Source: Felis catus (lineage: Eukaryota). Taken from it: a stretch of 64,000 bases of DNA. The stretch is taken from positions 165,232,001 to 165,296,000 of the forward strand of contig NC_058368.1 in NCBI RefSeq assembly GCF_018350175.1, read 5' to 3'. Positions 12,680 to 25,901 of this stretch are shown piece by piece (the first letter of the stretch is position 1; every line of letters starts with the position of its first letter). Position numbers and translations under genes: made by a program. Below the pieces are notes generated by a model. That model made no database searches, was not told the DNA's origin, and worked only from the letters and a program-made list of their open reading frames with translations.

Positions 12680-14439
12680 AATTCCAGGCTATCTTAGAAA
12701 CATGTTGCTTAGAGACATCCCGTCTTCTGTGGGTTCTAAAGCAATGAAATAATTTTTTGAGCTACAACTGTTGTTGAAAATTGTGTCATTAGAACTTAGT
12801 TCCCAATACACTACCATACAGTAAGCTGCTATAAATGAGCAATTTCATGGAGCCCTTCAATGGTGCAAACTTCACAAACACTGCAGAGATAACAAGCTCT
12901 TCATAAGATCAAAAAGAAAAGAGAATTCTCAGAATCCCTGATGACTTTGAGGCACATTTGAGCCATTGTGACACAGGATGTTCCCCAAAGTGATGTGGAT
13001 ATACTCCTTTTTTAATGCATGAATCTATTTAAAATGAGTATCACTGATAATATTGAGCATTTAAAGTTAAGCAATACATATTAGGGAAAAGCATTGAATA
13101 TTGGAATTGTCCAACAGATAAGGTGTAACAAAGGCAAAGATACCATGCATGTATCTCAAGGAGACAAAAACAGTAGGGAAGCCCACTGCACAATGAAGCT
13201 GGAGATGTTTCATAATCTGATCCTTAATTGTGTATCATTCATTGATTGCTAGTTGCTATGGAATTCCAACTTATTAGACTCTGAGGAATATACTCATGAA
13301 AAGGTTTTGATTTACAGACTAAATTTCATAGTCATGTTTTTTTTTCTTTTCTTACCTCTATTTTATTTTGATCATGTTGCCAATTAACAGGAGGTATTTC
13401 TTTCCAGTAGTAAAATGGAGTCTTTGGTGGAGACATGCCAATTTTGTGTTTTAGAATGCTTACAGCAAGTAAAAAAATAACACTATAATTCTTAGTTTCA
13501 TTGTTCTTCGCCTTTTTTATTCATATATTTTTCAAGTTCAAAGAACTGCCTTTTTATAGTTTCTCTAGTTTAAATTTCCAGACATTAATGGAAATAGTAA
13601 AACAAAATATGATGATAAAAATAGTTCTTAAATAATGCCCAAGAGAGCTCCTAAGACCGACTTTATCTATTCCTTGCAGGCTCAGCCTGAACATATCATA
13701 AGATGTGAATTCTATTTAGCTGACACTTTGGTGGTGTGAGTGTTTTTTACAACTAATCAGCACCTGAATAATCAAAGGTGTGTACCATCCATCAGCTTTA
13801 ATGAAGCATTAAAATACTTTAATGGAACTTAGGGTAATTAGAAAGTCTCTTATGTAGTTCATCTACTAACAAGAACATTTTCAGGATTAATAATAATGGA
13901 GTGAATTTTCCAACGAAGAATGGGCCCTTCCTTAACTTCAGCAATCCCATTTGTAAAACTGGAGGTGTTTTATGTATTTCAAGGGGAAGTTGGGTATAAT
14001 TAATGATTAAACTGTTATGAAGTATTCATAGTGTCTTGGTTGAAATGGCAAGTCTGCTTTTCTTCCTTAAGGATCAGTCATAAATGAGAAAAGAAAATGC
14101 AGTTTTCCAAATATTTAAAATTACATTTGAAAGAGTCTAGTGCTTCAGAGGAAATATTTTCCTCTGTCACTTGATATTTATCTAATAATGCCCTGTAGAC
14201 TATTGGAATGGAATAAAATTTACTATGTATTAACAGATAGGTTGTGCATTATAATTCAACAAAATTAAGTTGGTATGACTGGTATTCACAATTATTTTCA
14301 CAATTACTGGAAAATCAATCATGTTCCCAGCAGTGAGTATCTCCAGCTGAAAAGCAGGAAAATTATTAAAGGATCTTGTTGTTAGCCAGATGTATCTGAC
14401 TGTATCTCAGCAATTGATTTTCTACTGAATATCTATTCT

Positions 14440-14830
14440 CCCTTTATTTCCTATTTAAAGAGCCTTTATTGTATTTTGGGTAGCAACATACTTACATTAA
14501 AAAAAAAAACCTAAAGTTTCCCAGACTGTTTTGTGGCCAAGCAGATGATAGAACTACGTCAAAAATTATTCTGTTAGTACTATACCCTTTTGCCCTTGTG
14601 CCCTCTTTGCTACCTGATGTTTAGAACTGGTGCTCTGGTAGTTCTCTTCCACACTGAGTTGACTTCTGTGCCTTAACATGATGGACCAGAAAGAGGAAAG
14701 GAATCTAGGTCTCTGAATAAGAACCTTGTCACAAGCCCAGGACTTCTCACTGCACCTTAGTTTATTGGGGAGAGAAATAAATACCTGTCTTGTTTAAACA
14801 GTTTCACTATATTTACTGAATATAAATTAT
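14440..14830 (+). mobile_element. Old ERVL-class solo LTR (LTR33/LTR16-like)
   Basis: CCCTTTTGCCCTT...CAGAAAGAGGAAAGGAATCTAGGTCTCTGA...GAGAGAAATAAATACCTGTCTTGTTTAA. Confidence 0.5.
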
Positions 14831-15030
14831 GAGATCATATGACATAAGGAAGTTCAATATGTGGTATACAATTTTAAAAAGGAAAGATATATAATTAAAT
14901 GATAAATTAAGTAAATGTAAAAATACGTTAAGAAATATTTCAAAATAACAAAAAATATAATCTTAAAATCAATGTAATATAATACATTGAAAAAAATTAA
15001 AGTGTGCATCCTGGCTCCAAGATACTGGGA

Positions 15031-15240
15031 TTTTTTTAAGTTTATTTATTTACTTTTGAGAGAGACAGAGCACACACAAGCAGGGGAGGGGCAGAGAGAA
15101 AGGGAGACATAGAATCCAAAGCAGGCTCCAGGCTCTGAGCTGTAAGCACAGATCCTGACGCGGGGCTGGAACTCACCACCTGTGAGATCATGACCTGAGC
15201 CTAAGTCAGGTGTTTAATGACTGAGCCACGCAGGCACCCC
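15031..15240 (-). mobile_element. CanSINE (SINEC_Fc type) inserted in a MIR
   Basis: Full body; near-perfect TSD CAAGAT(AC/CT)TGGGATTT; MIR core continues to about 15440. Confidence 0.96.
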
Positions 15241-17344
15241 CAAGATCTTGGGATTTAAACCCAAGCCCACAACCTAACAGCTATTAAAATTTGGGCAGTT
15301 GATTTTATCCTCTAATACAATGTCTTGGAAAATGATAGACATAGTGCCAATTTTATAAGCATTGTTGTAGAGATTAAATTAGACACACATAAAATACCAG
15401 AAGACTACCTGGTCCTTAGTATCCAATGATAAATTTCATTTATAAAATACAGCTAAATTGCAAAATTGTGTCCTCATATTTTTAATTTCTAATTTTATCT
15501 GAAAATTAATTTTTAAATTGAATATAGTTGACATACATTTTATTAATTTCAAGTGTGCAACATAGTGATTTGACAATTATACATTATGAAATGCTCACCA
15601 TAATAACTGTCACCGTACAAGGTTATTATAATATTATTGACTATATTTTGTATGCTAAACTTTTCATTCCTGTGACTTTTTTATAGCTAGAGTTTTGTCT
15701 TTCTTAATACCCACCACTTATTTTGATCATCCCCTCATCCTCTCCCTTCTGGAAATTATCACTTTGTTTTCTGTATTTATGAGTATGTTTCCATTTTGTT
15801 TTGTTTGTTCGTTTGTTTTCAATATTCCACATACAAGTGAAATCACATGGTATTTGTCTTTCTCTGTGTGACTTATTTCACTTAACATAATATCCTTTAG
15901 GTTCACCCTGTTGTTGCAAATGGCAAGATTTCATTCTTTTGTATGACTGAGAAATATTCCACTGTGGTGTGTGTATCTATCTGTAAAAAGACTTCTTTAT
16001 CCATTCATCTACTGATGGAGACTAAGGGTGCTTCCATATCTTGGCTAATGTAAATAATTCCTCAGTAAACAAAAGGGTGCATATATCTTTTTTAATTAGT
16101 GTGTTCATTTTCTTCAGGTAAACACCCAGAAGTGTTATTACTTGATTGTATGGCACTTCCATTTTTAACTTCTGAGGACCCTCCTTGCTGTTTTCCACCA
16201 TGGCTGCAATATTTCACACTGCCATCAACAATGCATGAGGGTTGTCTTTTCTCCACATCCTTGCCAGCACTTGTTATTTCTTGTCTTTTTGATAGCAGCC
16301 ATTCTGACAGGTGTACGGTGATATCCTTGTGGTTTTGACTTGTATTTCTCTGAGAATTACTGATTTGCACATCTTTTCATGTGTTTCTTAGATATCTGAA
16401 TGTCTTTTTTGGAAAATGTCTATTCAGATCCTCTCTCCATTTTTTAAGCAGAGTTTTTTCATTTTAGTGCTGAGTTGCATGAGTTATTCATATATATTTT
16501 GGATATTAACCCTTTATGAGATATATAATTGGCAAATATCAGATATATAATTGGCAGAAATTCAGTAGGATTTCTTTCCATTTTGATGGTTTCCTTCCCT
16601 ATGCAAAAACAAATCAGTTAGATATAGTCCCATTTGTTTATTTTTGCTTCTGTTTCTCTTGCCTGAGGGGACAATCTCAGAAAAATATTACTAAGAGTTT
16701 ATGGCCTAGATTTTGTTTTAGGAACTTTACAGTTTCTGGTCTTTTATTTAGGTCTTTAACTCATTTTAATTTATTTTTGTATATATAGTACAAGAAAGTT
16801 TTCCATTTACATTCTGTTGTATGTAGGGGTCTGGTTTTTCCAGCACCACTTAGTAAATAGATCCCTTTTTCCAAGCATAATTTTGCCTCATGTGTCACAG
16901 ATTAGTTGACCATGTAAGCATGGGTTTATTTCTGGGCTTTCTATATTGCTCTATTATCTTTGTGTCTATTTCTATGCCAGTACCATATTGTTTTGATTAC
17001 TATAGATTTGTAGTATAGTTTGAAGCCTGGGCTTGTGATATTTCCAGTTTTATTCTTTCTCAACATTGCTTTGGCTATTTGAGGTCTTTGTGGTTTCACA
17101 CAAATTTTAGGATTATTTGTTCTAGTTCTTTGAAAAATATTATTGGTATTTTAAAAGGGATTGCATTGAAACTGTACATTACTTTGGCAGGTATGGTTAT
17201 TTTAACAATATTAATTTTTCCAATCCATGAACATACATATCTTTTTTTTTATTTATTGTATTACACTCACTTTCTTTCATTGATGTCTTAAAGTTTTCAG
17301 AGTACAGGTCTCTCACCTCTTTGCTTAAATTTTTTTCTTACAGT

Positions 17345-17380
<36 letters not shown>

Positions 17381-19106
17381 GCATGATTGTAAATAGGATG
17401 ATTTTCTTAATTTCTCTTTCTCCTATTTTGTTGTTAGTATATAGAAATGCAACAGTTTTCTGTAGATGAATTTTGTATCCTGCAACTTTACTGAATTTAT
17501 TAGTACTAATAGTTTTCAGTGTAGTCTTTGGGATTTTCTATATATATAATCAAGTCATCTACAACTGGAAGTTTTATTTTTTCCTTACCAATTTGGATGA
17601 CTTTTATTTCTTTATCTTGTCTTATTGCTGTGGACAGAAAATCCAGTGCTATGTTGAATAAAAGTGGCAAGAGTAGACATACATCTTGTTCCTAATCTTA
17701 GAGGAAAAGTAAAACTTTTTTCCATTAAATATGTTCAGTGTGGGTTTGTCATATATGGCCTTTATTATGTTGAGGTATGTTCCCTCTAAGCCCACTTTCT
17801 TGAGAGTTTTTATTATGAAGAGAGGTTGAATTTTGTCAAATGCGTTTTCTGCATCTATCGAGACAGTATTGTAGTTTTTATCCTTCATATTTTTAATGTG
17901 GCATATCACATTCTCACATTGATTGCTTTATAGCTAATGAACCATCCTTGCATCCCTGGAATAAATCCCACTTGATCTGGTGAATAATCTTTTTATGTAT
18001 TGTTATATTCAGCTTGCTAATATTCTGATAAGGATTCTTGGATCTTATTTTCAGGGATATTGTCTGTAATTTTCTTTTTTTATATGTATCTCGTGTTGGT
18101 ATCAGGGTAATGCTAACTGTTGAATCAATCTGGAAGCATAACTGTCTTCTCTTTTTATTTTCTTTCCTTTTTTTGGAATAGTTTGAGAATTACAAGTATT
18201 AACTCTTAAGTGTTGGGTAGAATTCACGTGTGAAGCTGTCTGGTCCGGGAGTTTAGTTTTTTGGGAGTTTATTGATTACTGATTCAATTTTGTTAAGTTA
18301 CTTATCTGTTCAGATTTTCTATTTCTTCCTGAATCAGTCATGAAAGATTGTATATTTCTAGGAATTTGTCTATTTCTTCTAGGTTGTCCAGTTTGTTGGT
18401 AGATAATTTTTTGTAGTAGTTTCTTATCCTTAAAATTTTATAAGTAGTATTTCTGAATTATCAGTTGTAACATCTCTTTCACTTCTGATTTTATTTATTT
18501 GCATCCTCTTTTTTTCTTGAAGAGTCTTACTAAAGGTTTTTCAGTTTTATCTTCTCAAAAAACCAGTTCTTTTTATCGATCTTTTCTATTGTTTTTGGTT
18601 GTTTGCTTGTTTTGTTTTTAGCATCTATTTCTTTTATTTCTGCCCTGATCTTTATTATTTCCTTCCATCTACTAACTTTGGGCTTTTTTTTCTTTGTCTA
18701 GTCCTTTAGCTATTAGATTGTTTGAGATTTTTCTAGTTTCTTGAAATAGACCAATGTTATATAAACTTCCCTGTTTGATCTGTTTTTAGTCTGTCCCAAA
18801 GATTTTGAACAATTGTTTTCCATTTTCATTTTTCAAGGTATTTTTTGATTTCTTCAGTTTCTTCATCCACTTACTGATTGTTTGGTAATATGTTGTTGAG
18901 CCCCATGTGTTTATGTTTTTTCAAGTTTTTTTTTCTTGAGATTGATTTTTAGTTTGATAACATTGTGGCCAGAAAAAATGCCTAGAATGATTTCATTCTT
19001 AAATTACTGAACTTGTTTTGTGACCTAATATGGGATCTAACTGGAGAATGTTCTATGTGCACTTGAAAAAATATGTGTATTTTCTTGCTTTCAGATGGAT
19101 TGTTCT

Positions 19107-19161
<55 letters not shown>

Positions 19162-20167
19162 GTTCATTTGGTCTATTGTGTCACTCAAAGCCACTGTTTT
19201 CTCATTAATTTTCTGCCTGGATGGTCTATTCATTGATGTAAGTGAGGTGTTGAAGTCCCCTAGGGTTACTGTATTATTGCAGTTTCTCACTTTATGTCTG
19301 TTAATATTTGTTTTTTATATTTAGGTGGTCTTATGTTGGGTGCATAAGTATTTACAACTTTAAGATCCTTTTTTTTGATTATCCCTTTATCATTATGCAA
19401 TGCCCTTCTTTGTCTTTTGTTACAATACTTGTTTTAAAGTCTATTTTGTGTGATGTAAGTATTGAACCGTATATTTTTCCTTTTGCATGGAGTATCATTT
19501 TTCATGCCTTCACTTCTAGTTTGTATGTCTTTAGGTCTGAAGTGAGTCTTTCGTAGACAGCACATAGATGGGTCTTATTTTTCATCCATTCAATCGCTCT
19601 AAGTCTTTTGATTGGAACCTTTAGTACATTTACATTTAAAGTATTTATTGATCAGTATGTACTTACTGCCATTTTATTGTTTTCTAGTTGTTTTTGTAAT
19701 TTTCCTCTGTTTCTTCTTCTCTTTCTCTTTTCCCTTATCATTTGATGACTTTCTTTAATGTTCTGATTGGATTCCTTTGCCATTCTGTTTTATGTATCTA
19801 TTACAGGTTTTTGATTTTTGGTTTCAGTGAGGATCATATATCATAACCTATGTGTATAGCAGTCTGTATATTAGGTTGATGGTTGTTGAAGTTCAAACAC
19901 ATTCTAAAAACAGTACATTTATTCGCCCTCCCCATTTTATGTATATGACCTCATACTTTACATATTTTTATTTGGTATATCCCTTGACTAATTGTTGTAG
20001 ATATAATTCATTTTACTACTTTTGACTTTTAACCCTCATACTAGCTTGATAAGCAATTGATCTACCTATATGTTTGCTTTTACAGTGAATTTTTTCCTCT
20101 TATGATTTTTTTACTTCTACTTGCTCCCTTTTATTTTCTGCTTAAAGAAGCCCCTATAACATTTCTT

Positions 20168-20386
20168 TTTTCTTAATTTTTTTAATGTTTATTATTTTTG
20201 ACAGAGAGAGACAGAGCATGAGCGGGGGAGGGGCAGAGAGAGAGAGGGAGACACAGAATCCAAAGCAGGCTCCAGGCTCTGAGTTGTCAGCACAGAGCCC
20301 GACGCAGGGCTTGAACTCACAGACCCTGAGATCATGACCTGAGCTGAAGTAGGACGCTCAACCAACTGAGCCACCCAGGCATCCCC
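20168..20386 (-). mobile_element. CanSINE (SINEC_Fc type) nested in L1
   Basis: Full body; TSD ATAACATTTCTT on both sides. Confidence 0.96.
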
Positions 20387-20532
20387 CCCCCAATAACATT
20401 TCTTATAAGACTTGTTTAGTGGTGACCAACTCCTTTAAATTTTGTTTGTCTGGGACTCTATCTTTCCTTCAATTCTGAATGATTATCTTATGAGGTAGAG
20501 TATTTGGGGTTGTAGGTTCTTTCCTTTAAGCC

Positions 20533-20901
20533 TTTTTTTTCTTTTATAATTTATTTATTTTTAATGTACATCCAAGTTAGTTAGCATATAGTGCAACAAT
20601 GATTTCGGAGTAGATTCCCTAATACTCCTTACCCATTTAGCCCATCCCCCCTCACACAACCCCTCCAGTAACCCTCTGTTTGTTCTCTATATTTAAGAGT
20701 CTCTTATGTTTTGTACCCCTCCCTGTTTTTATATTATTTTTGCTTCCCTTCCCTTATGTTCATCTGTTTTTTATCATAAAGTCCTTATATGAGTGAAGTC
20801 ATATGATAACTTTTTCTCTAATTTCCCCTAGCATAATATCCTCTAGTTCCATCCACATAGTTGCAAATGGCAAGATTTCATTCTTTTTGATTGCCAAGTA
20901 A
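20533..20901 (-). mobile_element. 5'-truncated felid L1 3' end nested in older L1
   Basis: T-tail, ...TCCAAGTTAGTTAGCATATAGTGCAAC...GCAAATGGCAAGATTTC; short AGCC(C)TTT duplication. Confidence 0.88.
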
Positions 20902-22341
20902 ACAGCCCTTTGCATATATCATGTATTCTGACCTGAAGTTACTGCAAAAAAATCACCTGATAGCCTCCTGGGTTTTCCTTTGTATGTTTGCTTTTCTCTT
21001 ATTACTTTTAAGATTTTGTTTATCTTTAATTTTTGAAAATTTAATTGTTATATGTCTGGATGTACACCTCCTTTGGTACATCTTGTATAGGGCTCTCTGT
21101 GTTTCCTAGACCCAGATGTTTGTTTCTTTCCACATGTTAGGGAAGTTTTCAGCCATTATTTCTTTATTTAGGTTTTCTGCTCCTATCTCTCTCTTCTTCT
21201 GGAACTTCTGTAATGCAAACATTAATGTGCTTGATGTTGTCCCAGTTGTCTCTTAATCTGTCTTCATTTTTTGGAAATTCTTTATTCTTTCTGCTGTTTA
21301 AGTTGGATACATTCCACTTCTCTGTTTTCTGGATCACTGACCCATTCTTCTGAATCTATTGTTGATTCCTCTAATGTAGTTTTTTCATTACAGTTATTTT
21401 ATTCCTCAGCTCTGATTCTATTTTTTTTAATTTTCTTTCTCTTTATTAAAATTCTGAGTTCATCTACTGTTCTTTCAAGTCTGGCAAGTATCTTTATGAC
21501 CATTATTTTGTACTATTAGGTAGACTGATTATCTCGGTTTTATGTAGTTCCCCCCCCCTCCCCACTGAGGTTTTGTCTTTTATTTGGAACATATTCCTCT
21601 GTCTTGTCTTTTTGTGTAACTCTGTATGTGTTCCTATGTATTAGGTTAGTCACTTACATCTCCTGGTCTTGAAAATAGTGGTCTTATTTAGAAGGCATCA
21701 CATGGGACCCAATAGTGCAAACTCCACTAGCCATCAGTAACAGGTGCTCCAGTGTATCCCCCACTGTGGACTTCATGAGCCTTCCTGTTGTGACTGAACT
21801 ATAACTGTTCTGGGTATATTATGATTTGGGCTGGCCTCCAGCCCAGCTGGCTGTAGTGAGTGGCTGCAACTAGTGTGAATGCACTTGGAAGCAGAGCTGC
21901 CCTCAGTGTGTTTAGCTAACAGGCCCAACTCTAGTTGGTATTGATGAGCTGGGGATGAAGAAGTTGCTTTGGAGGGGACCTAGTCATGACTGAAGCTTCC
22001 TCCTGGGTAAGGCAGGGCAGGAGTTTTTTGGGGGGATACAGGTCTTGACCAAGGCTTCCTTTCTGTGTGATGAAGTGGGAATCACTTTGGAAGGATGCTT
22101 GTCAGGTGCAAGAATGCTGGATGGGGTGGGTGGCACTAGCAAGGTTGATCAGAGGATCTCAGAATGGCTCTTGCAAACATCTGGTCAACTACGTTGAGAA
22201 AGGTAAGAATAATTGCACCCACCAGGAACTGTTCCTAAAGAAAGCTCCTACAGATCCCTGCCTCTCCAATACACACTCCAAAATTAGTTAGTAAATCTAC
22301 CCCGTGTATAACCCAGACATTTTTAAAACTGTTGCTTTTGT

Positions 22342-22629
22342 TTTTGTTGTTTCGTATTCCTTTTTTTAAATTAACTTATTGTCAAGTTAGCTAATATAGA
22401 ATGTATACAGCGTAGGCTTGGCTTTGGGAGTAGATTCCTGTGATTCATCACTTATATACAACACCAAGTGTTCATCCCAACAAGTTCTCTCCTCCATGTC
22501 CATCACCCATTTTCTTCACCCCTCCAACCCCCCATCCCCATCAACCCTCAGAATGCTCTCTGTATTTAGGAGTCTCTTATGGTTTGCCTCCCTCTCTGCT
22601 TATAATTTATTTTTTCTTCCCTTCCCCTA
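22342..22629 (-). mobile_element. 5'-truncated felid L1 3'UTR nested in older L1 5' region
   Basis: TTATTGTCAAGTTAGCTAA...CCCCATCAACCCTCAG; TSD TGCTT(T/C)TGT; antisense homolog of 24230-24460. Confidence 0.88.
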
Positions 22630-23784
22630 TGCTTCTGTGCTGAGTCTTGGACAAAATAATACAGCATGCTGACCCTTTAAGAACAGTCTCTGTTTCCTAT
22701 AGCCCTTTGGCTGTCCCAGAGTTAATGTCTACTGATTTTCAAAGCCAGATTTTATGGGAGAACATCTTTCTTGTGCAGGTCTCCAGGTTTGGGACTTGAT
22801 CCTCTCTTTCCTCAAGGAAAACCTCTGCACCTGTGATATCCCTCCTGTTTATGAGTTTCCACACTAAGATTTTTGTTTCCAATTGTGTTTCCTCCTGCCC
22901 TTCTTGCTGTGGCTCTTCCCATATATCTTTAGCTGTGAAAGATCTATTCTTCTAGACTTCAGAGTGAATTGCATAAGATATAATACAGTATTGTTGTCTT
23001 GCCATGTTTGTGGTAGAAGATGAAATCCCCATTTTCCTACTCCACTGTTCCCTTGCTCTTCCGAATTATTTTTTCAACCTTGTTTGTTTTACTAATTTAT
23101 GTTGGGATACTGTAATTTTTTAAAAATTATTTTTAGTCTTGGATTAAAACTAGTAGGTAAGAAACATGTTGAGATAAACACAATGTCTTCCAAAACAAAA
23201 AATGATTTTTCTTTTACAGTTGGTCACTAATATCAAATTATTGTATGTAATTTTTGTATGTAATTTTGTATGTAATTATATGTAATTATTGAAAATATTG
23301 ATTTAGATATTTTGTTCTGGTACATGTGCATCCTTGGATTGGCTTATGGAATTACCACATATCAAGAATTCTTAAGAGATGGTAGGAGCAGGTGCGCAAA
23401 AGCTTGTAAAGAGAACTCACCAAAGAATTTTGAGGAAATAGTTGATAATTAAAAGTGAATGTGATATGACTTAACATATGGAATGAGAATGGCAGATCTA
23501 CAGCTGTATGAGAATATGCAGTCTGGCGGTAAAACTAAGAGCATTTGCCAAAGTTGTGAAAAATGGTACACCAAAGGAACATGTAACCAGTTAGATATGT
23601 TAGTCAATGATTCAGTAGAAAAGACACTTGGGATTAACCGGCCTTCAGCTGAGATTTAATACTACATGAATAGATGAAAGAAAATAGAAAAAAGAGATAA
23701 GAGTTAGGCTCCCTACTGGGTAGCACTGAGCCATTCCACTCATAAGGGTCAGGTTTATGGAATGCTGCCTAAAATAAACAATTA

Positions 23785-24465
23785 TGGGAACCCTCTTGCA
23801 CTGTTGGTGGGAATGCAAACTGGTGCAGCCACTCTGGAAAACAGTGTGGAGGTTCCTCAAAATTTTAAAATAGAATTACCCTACAACCCAGCAATAAGAC
23901 AACTAGGAATTTATCCAAATAATACAGGAGTGCTGATTCATAGGGGCACATGTACTCCAAAGTTTATAGCAGCACTTTCAACAATAGCCAAATTATGGAA
24001 AGAGCCTGAATGCCCATCAACTGATGAATGGATAAAGAAGTTGTGATTTATGTATACAATGGCATACTACTTGGCAATGAGAAAGAATGAAATCTTGCCA
24101 TTTGCAGCAATGTGGACAGAACTGGAGGGTATTATGCTAAGTGAAATCAGTCAGAGAAAGCCAGATATGTTTTCACTCATATGTGGAATTTGAGAAACTT
24201 AACAGAAGACCACAGAGGAAGAAGATGGGAAAAAAAATAGTTTCAAACAGAGAGAGAGGCAAATCCTAAGAGAACAAACTGAGCTTTGATGGGGGGGCAC
24301 GGGAGGGGGGAAAATGGGTTATGGGCATTGAGGAGGGCACTTATTGGGATGAGCACTGAGTGTGGTATGTAAGTGATGAATCATAGGAATCTACTCCTGA
24401 AGCCAAGAACACACTGTATACACTGTATGTTAGCTAACTTGACAATAAATTATATTTTTAAAAAA
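23785..24465 (+). mobile_element. 5'-truncated felid L1 (ORF2 C-terminus plus 3'UTR)
   Basis: ORF 23762-24046 ...[18 protein letters not shown]...[10 protein letters not shown]...CPSTDEWIKK; 3'UTR ends GACAATAAATT and A-tail. Confidence 0.95.
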
Positions 24466-24479
24466 GGTTTATTGTAAAG

Positions 24480-24745
24480 GAAGCTCAGAAAAGAAAATTT
24501 TAAGAACAAAGTGGCCAACTCAGTCAAACTCTGTTTCCCTCTCACTGAAATGATAGGAGTGAATCCAGTGGATATGGTAACATGAGGTCTTTGTGATCTT
24601 GGCAAGAGTAATTTCAGTGAAATGCTGGAGAGGAAGCTAAGTTAATTGGTGGAGAAATGTTAGAAGAGAAAAAGGGAAGAGAAATGGTGGATCCAGAAAA
24701 TGAAGACAATACTTTTGAACATGTTTACTAGGCAGAGTTTGGCAG
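24480..24745 (-). mobile_element. L2 fragment
   Basis: TGGATATGGTAACATGAGGTCTTTGTGATCTTGGCAAGAGTAATTTCAGTG. Confidence 0.65.
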
Positions 24746-25684
24746 AGGATCTTGGACAACAATGCAGTATAATTTAAAACTATTAATGATAACAGGACAT
24801 ATCAGCATGTTGATTTGAATGAAAGGAGAGAGGAACTTGAATCAACAACAGAGGATAAGAAGGATGAGGAATGGTGACTCACAAATTTACCCACAATATA
24901 CTTTCAGTAGAGAAAATGCAGATATTTTTTGTCTCCAACTGATAATGGTTTCTTCTTAAGGTCCTACCATCCTAAGTAGATGGTATTTGTGTTTGTAACC
25001 ACCTTTGCTGTTATGAATAAACATGTAACAGAATACTAACCAAAGGTGTGGATGTAGAAACCTGGTGGATCCATCTACTTATAAAAAAAATACAACTGGT
25101 TCATGCTTCCACCTTCTTTCCCTCAGCCCTTTACATGTTTGGAATGTGTGAGGAAAATGACCACCATGGGGAAAAGACTGCAAATCATGAATACCTAAGT
25201 TCCGTACAATTTTTGAACATGTATGAAGAACCCATTCCATTTATTTCCTACCCACAAACTATGTAGTATCTGAAAAAAATAAGTTAACATTTATAATATT
25301 TTCAATATTTTAATACTGTTACTCAACAGCAATTCTGACTGATAACCTTTGCTTTTCCATCTATGTATAATGCTGTCTCCTCATTTTTTCTTATTATCTC
25401 TAGTTTAATATCACTCCTCAGAGAAGACTTGGTATAAACTAGGTCCCAGCTTATATTTATTATAAACTCTAAACATTATTATAAAGATTATTAAAATTTC
25501 TCAACAAAAAATGTCATCTACTCTATGGCTATCCAATACAAGAGATTTACAATAAAGTAGATTCTCCGTAGTTAGAATATACCCTGAAATTTTGTAAACT
25601 TCAAAATGCAAATTTCTATTACTTAAAAACTTTTTTTAATAAGGAAGAAGGCATTATTGGCCCTCTTGTTGTTGTGTTGTTTTT

Positions 25685-25901
25685 TAAATTTTTTTTCAAC
25701 ATTTACTTATTTTTTTGGGACAGAGAGAGACAGAGCATGAACGGGGCAGGGGCAGAGAGAGAGGGAGACACAGAATCGGAAACAGGCTCCAGGCTCTGAG
25801 CCATCAGCCCAGAGCCCGACGCGGGGCTCGAACTCACGGACCGCGAGATCCTGACCTGGCTGAAGTCAGACGCTTAACCGACTGCGCCACCCAGGCACCC
25901 C
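25685..25901 (-). mobile_element. Young CanSINE (SINEC_Fc)
   Basis: CpGs largely retained (CCCGACGCGGGGCTCGAACTCACGGACCGCGAGATC); perfect 17-bp TSD GTTGTTGTGTTGTTTTT. Confidence 0.98.

Larger units (their letters stand above)
15510..23062 (-). mobile_element. Near full-length degenerate L1 (older carnivore/L1MA9-like family)
   Basis: 3'UTR at about 15.5-15.85 kb. ORF2 remnants: RT region [12 protein letters not shown]...[11 protein letters not shown] at 17649-17909 and endonuclease GDFNTSLTSM at 18982-19290. ORF1-like region and 5'UTR run to about 23.06 kb. Many stops and frameshifts. Confidence 0.92.

Noticed and set aside
17649..19290. ORFs with reverse transcriptase and endonuclease motifs
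   Set aside because: Broken fragments of L1 ORF2 with many stops and frameshifts; not a functional or novel RT system
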